Program-made: the position numbers and the translations under genes
Origin: Dehalococcoidia bacterium
GTDB taxonomy: Bacteria > Chloroflexota > Dehalococcoidia > Lucifugimonadales > GCA-2712585
DNA: 64,000 nucleotides
NCBI GenBank assembly: GCA_965238215.1
Contig: OZ250180.1
Span: 1,884,111-1,948,110, forward strand
Direction of reading: 5' to 3'
The notes under the pieces: generated by a model
Databases searched by the model: none
Told to the model about the DNA's origin: nothing
The model's input: the letters and a program-made list of their open reading frames with translations, nothing else
Shown: one piece after another, positions 49,311-59,236 of the stretch
How the letters are laid out: every line of letters starts with the position of its first letter
Numbering within the stretch: the first letter of the stretch is position 1

Positions 49311-50320
49311 AGGTAAAAGACCTCAAAAAGCACTTCCCTGTAACCAAGGGATTGATTCTTATGAAGACCATCGGCCAGGTAAAGGCGGTGGACGGCATTA
49401 ACTTCACCATCAAGGATGGCGAAACGATGGGCTTGGTGGGCGAATCTGGTTGTGGTAAGACCACCACAGCCAAGACCATCCTACGGCTGGAAACCCCCAC
49501 CGCTGGCAGCGTTCTGGTCTACGGCAAGAACGTGCACGAACTCAAGGGCCAGGCCGTCAAGGATTATCGGGCAACGGTACAGGCGGTGTTCCAGGACCCG
49601 TGGTCTTCCCTCAGCCCCCGAATGAGAACCCGAGATATCATCGCCGAGGCCCTCGTGGTCAACCGACGAGTAACCCGCAAAGAGAAGCTAGAACGGGTCG
49701 AACAACTCTTGGACATGGTGGGCCTCCATCCGGCTCAGGCTTCCCTCTTTCCCCACGAGTTCAGCGGTGGCCAGCGGCAGAGAATAGCCGTAGCCAGCGG
49801 TTTGGCGTCCTATCCCAAGCTGATACTCTTGGATGAGCCTGTGTCGGCGTTGGACGTCTCCATTCGCGCTCAGATAATGAACCTGCTGAAGGACCTGCAG
49901 GAGCAGCAGCATGTCGCCTTCCTGCTGGTGGCGCACAACCTCGCCACAGTGCGGTATATGGCCCATCAGACGGCCGTGATGTACTTGGGCCGGGTGGTTG
50001 AATATGCAGACACTGAGGAGCTCTTCCAGAATCCGCTGCACCCATACACCAAGGCGCTCTTCTCCGCAGCCCTCCCCTCCCATCCGGACATCGTGCGGGA
50101 AGAGATTGTGCTGCCCGGTGAGGTTCCTTCGCCCATCAACCCGCCTTCCGGTTGCAGCTTCCATCCGCGGTGCCCCATGGCCTTGGCGGATCCGGAGCTG
50201 ATGAAGAGGTGTCAGACGGAGGACCCAGTCCTTCAGATGGCGTCTCCAGAGCACACAGTGGCCTGCCATCTGTACCATGGCCCCAGCGCCTCCAACGGAA
50301 GCAACGGCAGCGTAGCCTAA
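49286..50320 (+). CDS. dppF: Peptide ABC transporter ATPase (DppF-like)
   Basis: GESGCGKT, FSGGQRQR and PSPINPPSGC motifs. Confidence 0.92.
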   Translation: MANEPVLLEVKDLKKHFPVTKGLILMKTIGQVKAVDGINFTIKDGETMGLVGESGCGKTTTAKTILRLETPTAGSVLVYGKNVHELKGQAVKDYRATVQAVFQDPWSSLSPRMRTRDIIAEALVVNRRVTRKEKLERVEQLLDMVGLHPAQASLFPHEFSGGQRQRIAVASGLASYPKLILLDEPVSALDVSIRAQIMNLLKDLQEQQHVAFLLVAHNLATVRYMAHQTAVMYLGRVVEYADTEELFQNPLHPYTKALFSAALPSHPDIVREEIVLPGEVPSPINPPSGCSFHPRCPMALADPELMKRCQTEDPVLQMASPEHTVACHLYHGPSASNGSNGSVA

Positions 50321-50337
50321 AGTTCTCGCCACGGTAC

Positions 50338-50371
50338 GTTAAGACGCGGCCGGTATAGGCCGCGCCTTAAC
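50338..50371. terminator. Hairpin between convergent dppF and ttuA
   Basis: GTTAAGACGCGGCC-GGTATA-GGCCGCGCCTTAAC. Confidence 0.65.
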
Positions 50372-50515
50372 GACTGCATGTTCCCCGCGCTCCGGCTAGC
50401 CATGTTGGAGTTTCTCGGCTGAGCTTGTGCGTTCACCTTCACGCGTTAATGGTGAAGTCCTTCGGGGCTGGCCATTAGGGTTCAACGCAGTGATGACGGT
50501 GTGTCTTTGCTCAGC

Positions 50516-51455
50516 TTACGAGCTTCGGTTGCGCTCTCCGTCCACCTGTGAGGTAGCCACGTGGCTCCGGGCCCGGTCCTTCATTCGGCAGTAGGAGCAG
50601 ACCTCGCCTGTGGTGGGCTGCCCGCACTCGACGCACGCCGCCAAATCCACCGCCTCTTCCCTCTGCAGCGCGGGTCGCATACGGAAGAGGAAGCCCTGGA
50701 AGAATTGTTGCTTGGTGCCGGGAGATTCCGTCTCGATTCGGTTGAGAATGTCCTTATAAAGTAGCGAGTGTGCGCCCTTGGCGTTGGGGCATTCCTCCAC
50801 CACGTAATCGATGCCTCTCAGCAGGCAGTAGCTGGCCGTCTCTCGCTCCGTCAGCGTATAGAGAGGCTTCACCTTACGCACCATCTGCGGGTGGGTGCTC
50901 TCCAAAGCCGGCGATTGGCGGGCGAGCAGGTCCCGTTGCCAGCGAAGCACGTTGCCCATCAGCGTCGCTGCTTCGTCGTCCAGGTTGTGCCCGGTGGCAA
51001 CCACGCTGTACCCTCGCTCCAGGGCAATTTTGTTGAAGAGATACCGCTTGTTCAGGCCGCATCCGGAGCAGGGCGTCCTTCTGAGCACTCTCGACGATAG
51101 CGGCACTCCCATGCCCAACTCGTCCTCCAAGCTGAACTCGATAAGCTCCGCACCGCGGCACTGGGCAAATTATCGAGTTGCTTCTGCCGACCGAACCGAA
51201 TATTCTCCTATGCCCAGATGAATATACAGGCCGGCTGCCGAGTACCCCTCCCCAGCAACAGGTCCCACAGGGCCAGACTGTCTTTCCCCCCGAAACGGCC
51301 ACCAGGATCTTATCTTCCGGGCCGAACATCTGCAGTCGCTTCACGTTACGACGCAGCTGGTTCTGTACGAACTGCAGGTAGTGGGGCGAGCAGAAGGCGG
51401 AGTTGTGCCGGCGCAACTCCACGCTGGCCTTTCCGCGGCACTTGATGCACCTCAA
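50516..51455 (-). pseudogene. ttuA: tRNA 2-thiouridine synthetase TtuA/TtcA family, disrupted (two frameshifts plus TAA)
   Basis: CxxC...C..H zinc finger; SGGKDS split in a G-run at about 51286; second shift at about 51250; TAA at 51170-51172; downstream CSGC, GHNLDD, CP and C-terminal zinc finger intact. Confidence 0.8.
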
Positions 51456-51458
51456 GGC

Positions 51459-51656
51459 TCAGCCTCCGGAGATGGCGGAAAGAATCTCGACGTGGTTCTC
51501 GTCTCGGAGCATCTCGTCACTTGTAAGCAGGGATTCGCCCCGGATTACTATGTGCGATTCTGGGTTAAGATCCAACTCTTTAAGAAGCTGCTTCACCCGT
51601 CTGCGACCCTCGATCCGGAGTTCGCGTCTGACTGGATTTCGAATAATGACGTCCAT
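51459..51656 (-). CDS. ThiS/MoaD-like sulfur carrier (TtuB-like)
   Basis: 65 aa ending AISGG, directly upstream of ttuA. Confidence 0.88.
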   Translation of the reverse strand: MDVIIRNPVRRELRIEGRRRVKQLLKELDLNPESHIVIRGESLLTSDEMLRDENHVEILSAISGG

Positions 51657-51724
51657 GGCTATGAAGTAGGAACGTTGGCACGGGCGCTGGGGGGTATCAA
51701 ACGAGAGGCCGGGGAAGGGCGATG

Positions 51725-52231
51725 TTACTCGACGGCGTCGACCGTCTCCTCGATGATTATCTCCCGCCGCCCCTGGTCGGTGACGGAGTAGTAGCCGGAA
51801 TTTCCGGGCGACCTCTCCAACCACTGGAAGGCGGACCGTCCGGCGTTGCGGAGGGTCTGCACGAAATCTTTCGGACGCGGCCACTGTAAGAAGTCGAAGA
51901 GAGGTCCCAACTCCTGGGCGGAAACCTTATCCAAATCGAGGAATCGTTTGGCTCCTTCCGCCGCCACAACTACCCTGCGCATGTCCCCCGAGGGCGCCAT
52001 GAGTTGGCAGAACTCCAGGAATTCGGGGCTGCTGCTCACATGACCGTTTCCGTTGGTATACGGTTCTTCCTGCAGAATCGGCGCGGCCCCGTTGCTGTTT
52101 GTCGATGGCGCAACGCTGTCTGAGGTCAGGTATTCGCGGGTAGAGGCGATAACCTCGCCGTACATTTGTGGTTCCGTTGTTTCCAGAGTAATGGTGACGC
52201 CGTTGGGAAAAGTAACTGTGACCTTGAGCAT
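51725..52231 (-). CDS. Hypothetical protein (possible C-terminal winged helix)
   Basis: GGGGGA RBS; coherent codon bias; ...TLRNA...WLER...GYYSVT.QG. Confidence 0.7.
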   Translation of the reverse strand: MLKVTVTFPNGVTITLETTEPQMYGEVIASTREYLTSDSVAPSTNSNGAAPILQEEPYTNGNGHVSSSPEFLEFCQLMAPSGDMRRVVVAAEGAKRFLDLDKVSAQELGPLFDFLQWPRPKDFVQTLRNAGRSAFQWLERSPGNSGYYSVTDQGRREIIIEETVDAVE

Positions 52232-52327
52232 GTGAACGTATCCCCTCCATTATCAAAATATACGGAATGGGGGTCAAAATCAAGGCTATTTGGGGCGCAA
52301 TGGGCCGGGTTTAGCACCCGTGGAGGT

Positions 52328-54208
52328 CTAAAGGGTTTGCTTCAATCGTAGGGCTAGGGTGCGGGTAATGCCCGGCACGGTTACTATTTCGTCCAGCGTG
52401 GCCTCCCGTATGCCCTTCAGCGATCCGAAGCGGCGCATCAGCATCCGCTTGCGCTTCGGGCCTATCCCCCGCACCATGTCCATCGACGACCGGGTTGAGG
52501 ATTTGCTCCGAAGCTTCCGATGGTAGGTGACGGCGAACCGGTGGGCCTCGTCCCGAACCCGCTGCACCAGGTGTAACGCAGGAGATCGTCTGGACAGGGC
52601 GATGGGCTCCGGTGTTTGCGGCACGAAGATCCACTCGTTCTCCTTGGCGATTGACGCCAGGGGGATGAAGTCGATGCCCAATTCCAGGAACACCTCCAGG
52701 GCGGCGGAGAGATGCCCCTTGCCCCCGTCGATGATGACCAGATCGGGGGACTTGTCCCAACCGCGGGCTGGCCGCTCGGCGTAGGTGCCGTCCACCCCGT
52801 TGTGACCCTTCACGCCCTTGCCGTGGCTCTTTGCCAGCTTGCTAAAACGTCGGTGCAGCATCTCCTGCATCATGGCGTAGTCGTCTATGCCCTCCACTTT
52901 CTTTATCTTGAAGCGGCGGTAACGGGACGTGCGCGGCGCCCCGTCTTCAAATGTCACCATGCTGCCGACGGGGTGGCTGCCCTGGATGTTTGAGATGTCG
53001 TAGCACTCGATGGTACGGGGCAGCGTCGGCAGGCTGAGTTCTTCCTGAAGCTCCGTCATCGCTTCTTGCTGGGCATCCGTGTTGCCCCACCACTTGACCC
53101 TCATCTGCGAAAGCTGCTGTACGGCGTTAGCCGAGGCCATCTCCACCAGCCGCCGGTTAGGCCCACGCTGGGCCATGTTGATGGTCACGACACTGCCCCG
53201 CTTCTCCCGCAGCCACTGTCGAATCTCGTCGGACTCCTCCAGACGGTGCTGCAACAGTATTCGCTTGGGAATGAAGGGCGTGGACTGGTAGAACTGCTTG
53301 ACGAAGCCCGTCATCACCCGTTCTGGCGGGTCGTCCTGTGTGCCGTCCATGACGAAAGTATCCCGCCCAATGAGCTTTCCGTTTCGTATGAAGAAGACCT
53401 CCAGGCAGGCCTGGTCGTTCTGCGTCGCCATGCCGATAGCGTCCAAGTCGTGGCCGGAAACCGACGCCGTCTTGATCTGCTGCTCCTCCGATACCCGTTG
53501 AATGGCGCGAGTCTGGTCCCGAAGCACCGCGGCCCTCTCGAACTCCAGGGCGTCGGAGGCCTCTTGCATCTTCTGCTTCAGGTCCGCCAGCACCGGTTCC
53601 GTCCTCCCCTCCATGAACAGGACCACCTGGTCGATTATCTTGTGGTAATTCTTCTTGTCTATCTCGCCCGTGCAGGGGGCGGCGCACCGGTTGATGAAGA
53701 ATTCCAGGCAGGGACGCGCGTCTTTGCCCGTGATGACCTTTGTGCAGGAGCGATAGGGAAAGAGCTTCTTGAGCAGGGCCAGCGTCTTGCGAATGCTGTG
53801 GGCAGTGGCGAAGGGGCCGAAATATACTGCGCCGTCGTTCTCCACCCGGCGGGTGATGTATATCTGGGGAAACTCCTCCGCCCGGTCTATCTTGATGTAC
53901 GGGTAGGTCTTGTCGTCCTTGAGGCGGGCGTTGAACTGAGGCCGGTGTTTCTTGATGAGGGTGTTCTCCAGGATGAGGGCCTCGGCCGACGAGTCGGTGA
54001 CGATGTAATCGTAGTCGGCCACGCGGGTCAGCATCCGGCGAATCTTCGGCTCGTGCTTGGCGGAGGCTGTGAAGTAGGAGCGAAGCCGGGACCGCAGGTT
54101 CGCCGCCTTGCCCACATACAGCACCTTCCCCTGGTCGTCCTTCAGCTGGTAGACGCCGGGGCCGACGGGCGTAATGCGAAGCCGGTTAGCCAGGGACGGG
54201 ATGGCCAT
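52328..54208 (-). CDS. uvrC: Excinuclease ABC subunit C
   Basis: PGVY...YVGKA GIY-YIG, DISN, IDGGKG and RDEAHRFA motifs. Confidence 0.97.
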   Translation of the reverse strand: MAIPSLANRLRITPVGPGVYQLKDDQGKVLYVGKAANLRSRLRSYFTASAKHEPKIRRMLTRVADYDYIVTDSSAEALILENTLIKKHRPQFNARLKDDKTYPYIKIDRAEEFPQIYITRRVENDGAVYFGPFATAHSIRKTLALLKKLFPYRSCTKVITGKDARPCLEFFINRCAAPCTGEIDKKNYHKIIDQVVLFMEGRTEPVLADLKQKMQEASDALEFERAAVLRDQTRAIQRVSEEQQIKTASVSGHDLDAIGMATQNDQACLEVFFIRNGKLIGRDTFVMDGTQDDPPERVMTGFVKQFYQSTPFIPKRILLQHRLEESDEIRQWLREKRGSVVTINMAQRGPNRRLVEMASANAVQQLSQMRVKWWGNTDAQQEAMTELQEELSLPTLPRTIECYDISNIQGSHPVGSMVTFEDGAPRTSRYRRFKIKKVEGIDDYAMMQEMLHRRFSKLAKSHGKGVKGHNGVDGTYAERPARGWDKSPDLVIIDGGKGHLSAALEVFLELGIDFIPLASIAKENEWIFVPQTPEPIALSRRSPALHLVQRVRDEAHRFAVTYHRKLRSKSSTRSSMDMVRGIGPKRKRMLMRRFGSLKGIREATLDEIVTVPGITRTLALRLKQTL

Positions 54209-54217
54209 GGGGTTGCC

Positions 54218-54559
54218 TTAGTTCAGGAAGATGCTGAGGACTATGATGACGGCGATGATGACGCCGCTGAGCAGTAGGATGCGCCGAAGTTCCATCCCCA
54301 CGTAGCTGTAGACCAAGGGCTGCCGGGCGGTGACGGTTGTGCCTGCTGTTTGCGGCGAGGCAGATGCCGCCGCAAGGGCGGGCATTGCCTCAGACCCGGC
54401 CGACGCGGCTCCTGACACTGGCGCCGTCGTGACGGGTTGGCGCCGGCGTTGCGCGACCGAGGCCGTTGGGATACCCGACGGGCCGCGCCCTCTCTTCTTT
54501 CGTTGGCTTAGCTGGGCCTGTTTTGCTGCGACATGCTTGCCGCGTTTCTTGCGAGCCAT
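54218..54559 (-). CDS. Hypothetical membrane-anchored protein
   Basis: Basic N-terminus; YSYV..ELRRI followed by a C-terminal TM helix. Confidence 0.7.
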   Translation of the reverse strand: MARKKRGKHVAAKQAQLSQRKKRGRGPSGIPTASVAQRRRQPVTTAPVSGAASAGSEAMPALAAASASPQTAGTTVTARQPLVYSYVGMELRRILLLSGVIIAVIIVLSIFLN

Positions 54560-54584
54560 GGGTGGGTTTGCGCTCCTTTAGGTC

Positions 54585-55289
54585 TCAGTGGGTCAGGTCC
54601 TGGGCGGCGTGGGCAACTATCTCCCCCGCCGTCGCCACTTTCAAGTCCGCCATGTTGATTATCATGTGGTAGATATTGGGGTCGTCCGTGTCCACGTCGT
54701 AGAATTTGGAGAAGTAGGCTTTTCGCGCCCTCTCATGCTCCTCCACGAACCGGTGGGCCTCTGCGTACTCCAGGTGTTCCCGCTCCATGATGGTGTGAAT
54801 GCGCTGCTCCAGGGGGGCCACGGTGCCCACGTGAAGCACGCCGGGCTCGCCCTTCAGGATCAGATTGCCGGCCCGTCCCACGATGACCACGTTGCCTTCC
54901 TTGGCCAGATCCTTGATGACGGAGGTTGTGACTTCTATGTACTTCTTGTCGTCCACCTCGTGGGACAGTGTGATGGGTTCGTCTTCCCCTTCGGAGTAGT
55001 AGTCCCTGGAGAGCAGCACGTCCACGCCCGGGCCGAAGTAGGGTTCGCCGCCGGCCCCGGACATGGCGGAACGTTCCAGCACGTTCTGAAAGAAGCGGCC
55101 CAGCAGGTCGCGACGGCTGGTGACTTCCGACTCTTTGCCCGCCACGGCCTGAACGGTGGCCCCGATGCGCTTGGCCGCTTCGGCCAAAATCAGCCGGTCC
55201 ACGTAGTCGACGTGAAGATGATGGGCAACCTGCAGCCCAACTTCCGGACCGCCGGAGCCGATCTGTCCGTTCAGCGTTACAACTGCCAT
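54585..55289 (-). CDS. Cytidylate kinase-like family protein
   Basis: VVTLNGQIGSGG, VIVGR and YHMIIN motifs. Confidence 0.88.
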   Translation of the reverse strand: MAVVTLNGQIGSGGPEVGLQVAHHLHVDYVDRLILAEAAKRIGATVQAVAGKESEVTSRRDLLGRFFQNVLERSAMSGAGGEPYFGPGVDVLLSRDYYSEGEDEPITLSHEVDDKKYIEVTTSVIKDLAKEGNVVIVGRAGNLILKGEPGVLHVGTVAPLEQRIHTIMEREHLEYAEAHRFVEEHERARKAYFSKFYDVDTDDPNIYHMIINMADLKVATAGEIVAHAAQDLTH

Positions 55290-55384
55290 GGGAGCCTCCC
55301 GAGGTCCTGGGTTTGCGTGGCCGGAGACGCGGGCCGAGCCTTAATGCTAGTGTACCAGAAACGGCCCCCACCCGTCATTTCAGT

Positions 55385-55560
55385 GGGTTGGGACGAATCG
55401 TTTGGGGAAACGAATGGGATTTTGGGGTATTCGTTTCAGGTTTGCCAGGCGTGGAAGGAATTCGATCTAATTATCGAATAAAACGAATGTTGGTGGTTTC
55501 TGAAGCAACTCAGGCGTGGATCTAATTGCTTTTGCGGATTTATTCGTTTCGTTTTTCCTC
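55385..55560 (-). repeat. AAACGA/TCGTTT-rich element, second copy
   Basis: Shares CCACGCCTGGCAA.CCTGAAACGA.T with 14544-14569 and CATTCGTTTCCCCAAA with 39878-39893. Confidence 0.55.
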
Positions 55561-55673
55561 TGGGAATGGATTGGAGGTTAGCAGGGCGTTCGAAGGTGTT
55601 CATGGGGATAGGTTAGCAGGGGAGGGTGTGATAGGGCAATGGGGAGGATGTCAGTATTGGAGGGTGGCCGAGG

Positions 55674-56132
55674 TTAGTCGTTGCTGATGGTGACCTTTCC
55701 CGTTCTGCCTTTGTAGACCATTGTGAAATGCTGAAGAAAGTCTCTGCCAATGAGAGCGAGGTGGGGCTGGCCGCCAGTACGAAGGTGAACGCCGCAGAAT
55801 TCTCCGTAGACGGTATAGTCCAAGTCTGGTACGTATATCTGGCAGAGATGTACATTTACCTCTTTTGAACCATGCACGCCTGCAACTTCTCGTCGATTAA
55901 CTACTGGAAGATTCAACGCCAAGGCGAGAGATGAATCTACACAGCTTGCAAAGGCGCCTGTGTCCACCAATGCAGGAAGTTGTTGACTGGGTAAGTTCAG
56001 CTGGCCTGGACAGGTGGGCCGATATAAAGCATCAAAGCCGATTTGAACGAACAAGGTGGGGCCGTAGGAAACTAGAGTAAGCCTTCCTGGAAGTCCTCCA
56101 CTGTCGGGAAACCCAACCTCAGCGGTTGGCAT
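55674..56132 (-). CDS. Retropepsin-like aspartyl protease
   Basis: ALVDTGA and LIGRDFL motifs. Confidence 0.88.
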   Translation of the reverse strand: MPTAEVGFPDSGGLPGRLTLVSYGPTLFVQIGFDALYRPTCPGQLNLPSQQLPALVDTGAFASCVDSSLALALNLPVVNRREVAGVHGSKEVNVHLCQIYVPDLDYTVYGEFCGVHLRTGGQPHLALIGRDFLQHFTMVYKGRTGKVTISND

Positions 56133-56367
56133 TTACGGGTCTGTATAAAATGGAAGCTGGTAGTGTCACTGGCCCGGCGCCGACTTGGCGAATCAGGTAC
56201 GGGCCTCGGACAAAGCGCTCTACCGCAACCACCGCGGCGTCCTGGAAGGAATCGTAGGCGCCTATGAATGTCCGGTTGTGGAAGATGACATACTTGCCGA
56301 AGTAATCGGCTTCTAGTACGTTTCGCATTTCTTCATAGGCTGATATCTGTTGGCTAAGCGTGGTCAT
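56119..56367 (-). CDS. Small DUF5678-like protein coupled to the aspartyl protease
   Basis: LEADYFGKYVIFH...IGAYDSF.DA...GPYLIRQVG; overlaps the protease start. Confidence 0.7.
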   Translation of the reverse strand: MTTLSQQISAYEEMRNVLEADYFGKYVIFHNRTFIGAYDSFQDAAVVAVERFVRGPYLIRQVGAGPVTLPASILYRPVNANR

Positions 56368-57013
56368 GGTACGCCTCCTATCCCCTATTCACACCGAGCA
56401 ATGGTGTGTAACCCTCCCCGCATCCAAATCAGAAAGCCCCATCCCATTTGCCAGGCTCATGCTAACCAGAAAGGTCAAGAGCCAAGCTCTCGGAGCAAAG
56501 GTCGAACTATAGTTAAATTTAACGATGGTAACTTAACCTGTCAAGTTCAATTTACGACCGCAAGGGCATGGTGTGGCGAAAGTTCAATACTCCCTAACTT
56601 TACTGCCCAACATTGACGTTTTGCGCTCAAATAAAAAGCAGGGCGCCGAGGGCGTTGTTGGCGCTGGGTTCGGTTTGTCGGGGGGTAGTTGTCAATGGGC
56701 GTGATGATCCTTGGGAATTGCCGGCATTCGTTTCCGAACTTTATTGGAAGTCTCGGTTGGCCGGGTACGTCCTGAAACTGTACCCCTACACGTCACTCAA
56801 AGCAAATGTTCTTTGTCACAACGAGGCGATGGCGGGCGTAGGGGGATGGGTTCCCGCATCCGCGTGGACAAGAGGGGCGACGAGATTCTTCGGCTCCGCC
56901 CGAAATGCCAGGTTGGGGAGGGGGATGGGTTGTGGTATTAAGGGAGGTTGATATGATGTGCTTGGAATGAAAGGGGGCTGATTAGGATCTCAGGCGATCG
57001 CAATACAAATAAC

Positions 57014-58078
57014 TTAGAAATCACTCAATCCCTCTAGCAACTTCATCGTGGCTTCCCCACTTAGTTCATCTCCTTGGTAACGGCACTCGTATAGTCCTTG
57101 TAGGTTTGAGGGAAGCTCTAATCCTTCCTCAACCAGCAAGATGAACTTGTCTCCGTAAAGAGCCATTGCGGCCCCAATCTCGATCAGCACATTCCCGTTT
57201 AGTTGTGGGACCTCGTTGCCTTCTTTGTCGTACAGTACATTATCCGTACTCACATTGATTATCGCGGCACGGCACGTCCTCATGTCGCTCATTACCTTTT
57301 GGGGTACAGGTTTCGCAGAAGTTTCATGCTCCACCGCCACCACGGGTTCAAATTTTCCATATCTAACGATTTTCTTTATCTGGCCCAATATCTTCTTGTT
57401 CTTCCCATGGGTGATGAAGAAGCGGTTAGTGTTCTGTGCGCTCTCGTTAGTATGAATGGGTGCACCAAGGCTGTTGAGCGACTCCCCATCATCGCCTTCA
57501 TCTTCGGCCTCTTCTGATGGATCTTCCATGAGAACAGGTTCTCCAGAGGCAGTTGGCATATTGAGGAATCCCTGAGCGATATCCAAATCGAACTCAAAGC
57601 GGGTTGGTTGCCCTTTGCGTCCAATTTTAAGCACCCCGAGGTCCGCTCCTTGCGCAAGGTGAAAGAAGCAAAAAGCCTGATTGTTAAGAGTCGTTTCTGA
57701 TTCAGCGGATTGTTCTCGAAAGTGCTCATACCAATGCGATGCAACCTCGGTTGCGGTGATGGTGCCCTCGCTACGATGGACAATGCGTTCAACCAGTGCT
57801 TTATACGGATTTACTTCGCCAACGACACTCCGCAACACATCGCTCCGAGACGAGCCAGAATCCCTCACGTACAGGCGCCCTCGTTCCGTGATCTTCAGCT
57901 TGTCGTTATCGTCTTCGATGAATCCCCAGAACTTCATTGCAGCGAGCTTGCGTCCATCAAGGCGCTTCTTGTCTACGACAGACTTCGCCTCAGGAAGCGT
58001 CGCTCCCGTGGGCTTAGTAGTGAGATATTCGCAGACAGCGGTGACATCGTCAAGAGTTGTACGGATCGGGAGGGACAT
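57014..58078 (-). CDS. TIR-like nucleotide-binding protein (Cap12/Pycsar-type TIR) with an N-terminal winged-helix-like region
   Basis: FITHG, N.NVLIEIGAA and LPSNLQGL motifs; lower GC than flanking core genes. Confidence 0.82.
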   Translation of the reverse strand: MSLPIRTTLDDVTAVCEYLTTKPTGATLPEAKSVVDKKRLDGRKLAAMKFWGFIEDDNDKLKITERGRLYVRDSGSSRSDVLRSVVGEVNPYKALVERIVHRSEGTITATEVASHWYEHFREQSAESETTLNNQAFCFFHLAQGADLGVLKIGRKGQPTRFEFDLDIAQGFLNMPTASGEPVLMEDPSEEAEDEGDDGESLNSLGAPIHTNESAQNTNRFFITHGKNKKILGQIKKIVRYGKFEPVVAVEHETSAKPVPQKVMSDMRTCRAAIINVSTDNVLYDKEGNEVPQLNGNVLIEIGAAMALYGDKFILLVEEGLELPSNLQGLYECRYQGDELSGEATMKLLEGLSDF

Positions 58079-58197
58079 GTCTTACTCCTTTATCCTACGC
58101 CTAAGATAAGACGCATTATAAAGGGTGTCGCATAGAAATGCAAGAAAGGCTTAAGGATGCAACAGCCCTCAACCTCTGGCCGAGCTAACGAGCCCGC

Positions 58198-59106
58198 TTA
58201 ACTCCGGGGGTGGGCCTTCTCGTACTCCTCGCGGAGGTGGTCGTTGGTGAGGTGCGTGTAGATCTGCGTCGTCGTGATGCTCGCGTGGCCCAGAAGCTCC
58301 TGCACGTACCGAAGCGGCGCGCCACCCTGCAGAAGGTGCGTCGCGAAGCTGTGCCGCAGCACGTGGGGCGTTATCTTCTGGTCGATGTTGGCCCGCTTGG
58401 CGCTGTTCTTCATGATGGCCCAAACCCACTGGCGGGTGAGCCGCTCGCCCCGCCGATTCAGGAATATGGCCTTCTCTTTCTTCGACTTGGCCAGCTTGGT
58501 GCGCGACTTCTTCACGTAGGACTTGAGGGCAAAGGTAGCCTCGGGATGAAGGTATGTCATGCGCTCCTTCCCGCCCTTACCCAGCGTTCGCACGTAGCCT
58601 TCCGTGGTGTTCACGTCTTCCAGGTTTAGCGAAATCAACTCCGTTACTCGTAGACCCGTGGCGTAAAGAATCTCTAGTATGGCCCAGTCCCGCTGACCCT
58701 CCGGGGAGCGCTGTTCCTTGGCCCGCTCCAGAAGCCGCGCTACGTCGGCTTGGGAGAGGTGCTTGGGCAGGGTGCGACCCGGCCGGGGCGTGCTCAGGGA
58801 CTCGCTGGGGTCTTCTTCAATCATGCCCTCCAGGATCAGGAAGCTGAAGAAGGAGCGGATGGCCGCCACCTTGCGGGCCACGGTGCTGTCTGCGTAGCCG
58901 TTCTTGCCCCGGAGGGCAAACACGTAGTTGGTGAGGTGATTCAGGTCCACTTGCTTCCAGGTGGACTTGCCGTTTACGAAAGGCAGTGTCTTCTTGGTGT
59001 AATCAAAGAACTGGTACAGATCGTTACGGTACGCCTCTAGAGTATTGTGAGAAAACCCTTTCTCTACTACCATATGATTAAGGAACGAATCAATAGGTTC
59101 TTGCAT
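58198..59106 (-). CDS. xerD: Site-specific tyrosine recombinase XerD
   Basis: LYATGLRVTEL, GKGGKER, PHVLRHSFATH and LGHA..TTQIYT motifs. Confidence 0.9.
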   Translation of the reverse strand: MQEPIDSFLNHMVVEKGFSHNTLEAYRNDLYQFFDYTKKTLPFVNGKSTWKQVDLNHLTNYVFALRGKNGYADSTVARKVAAIRSFFSFLILEGMIEEDPSESLSTPRPGRTLPKHLSQADVARLLERAKEQRSPEGQRDWAILEILYATGLRVTELISLNLEDVNTTEGYVRTLGKGGKERMTYLHPEATFALKSYVKKSRTKLAKSKKEKAIFLNRRGERLTRQWVWAIMKNSAKRANIDQKITPHVLRHSFATHLLQGGAPLRYVQELLGHASITTTQIYTHLTNDHLREEYEKAHPRS

Positions 59107-59236
59107 AGCAATCCTCGTGCTATTATCTAATCGTTGGCCATTTTAACACGTGGATTCTTTTTCTTATTCCGACTTTCCGTGCGGGGTTTGACCGGATTGA
59201 CGAATTGCGACGCTGGGCCATACAATAGGCCAGCCC

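Noticed and set aside
58198-59106. Integrase of a genomic island
   Set aside because: Length and motifs match housekeeping XerD; no att repeats or tRNA target seen.
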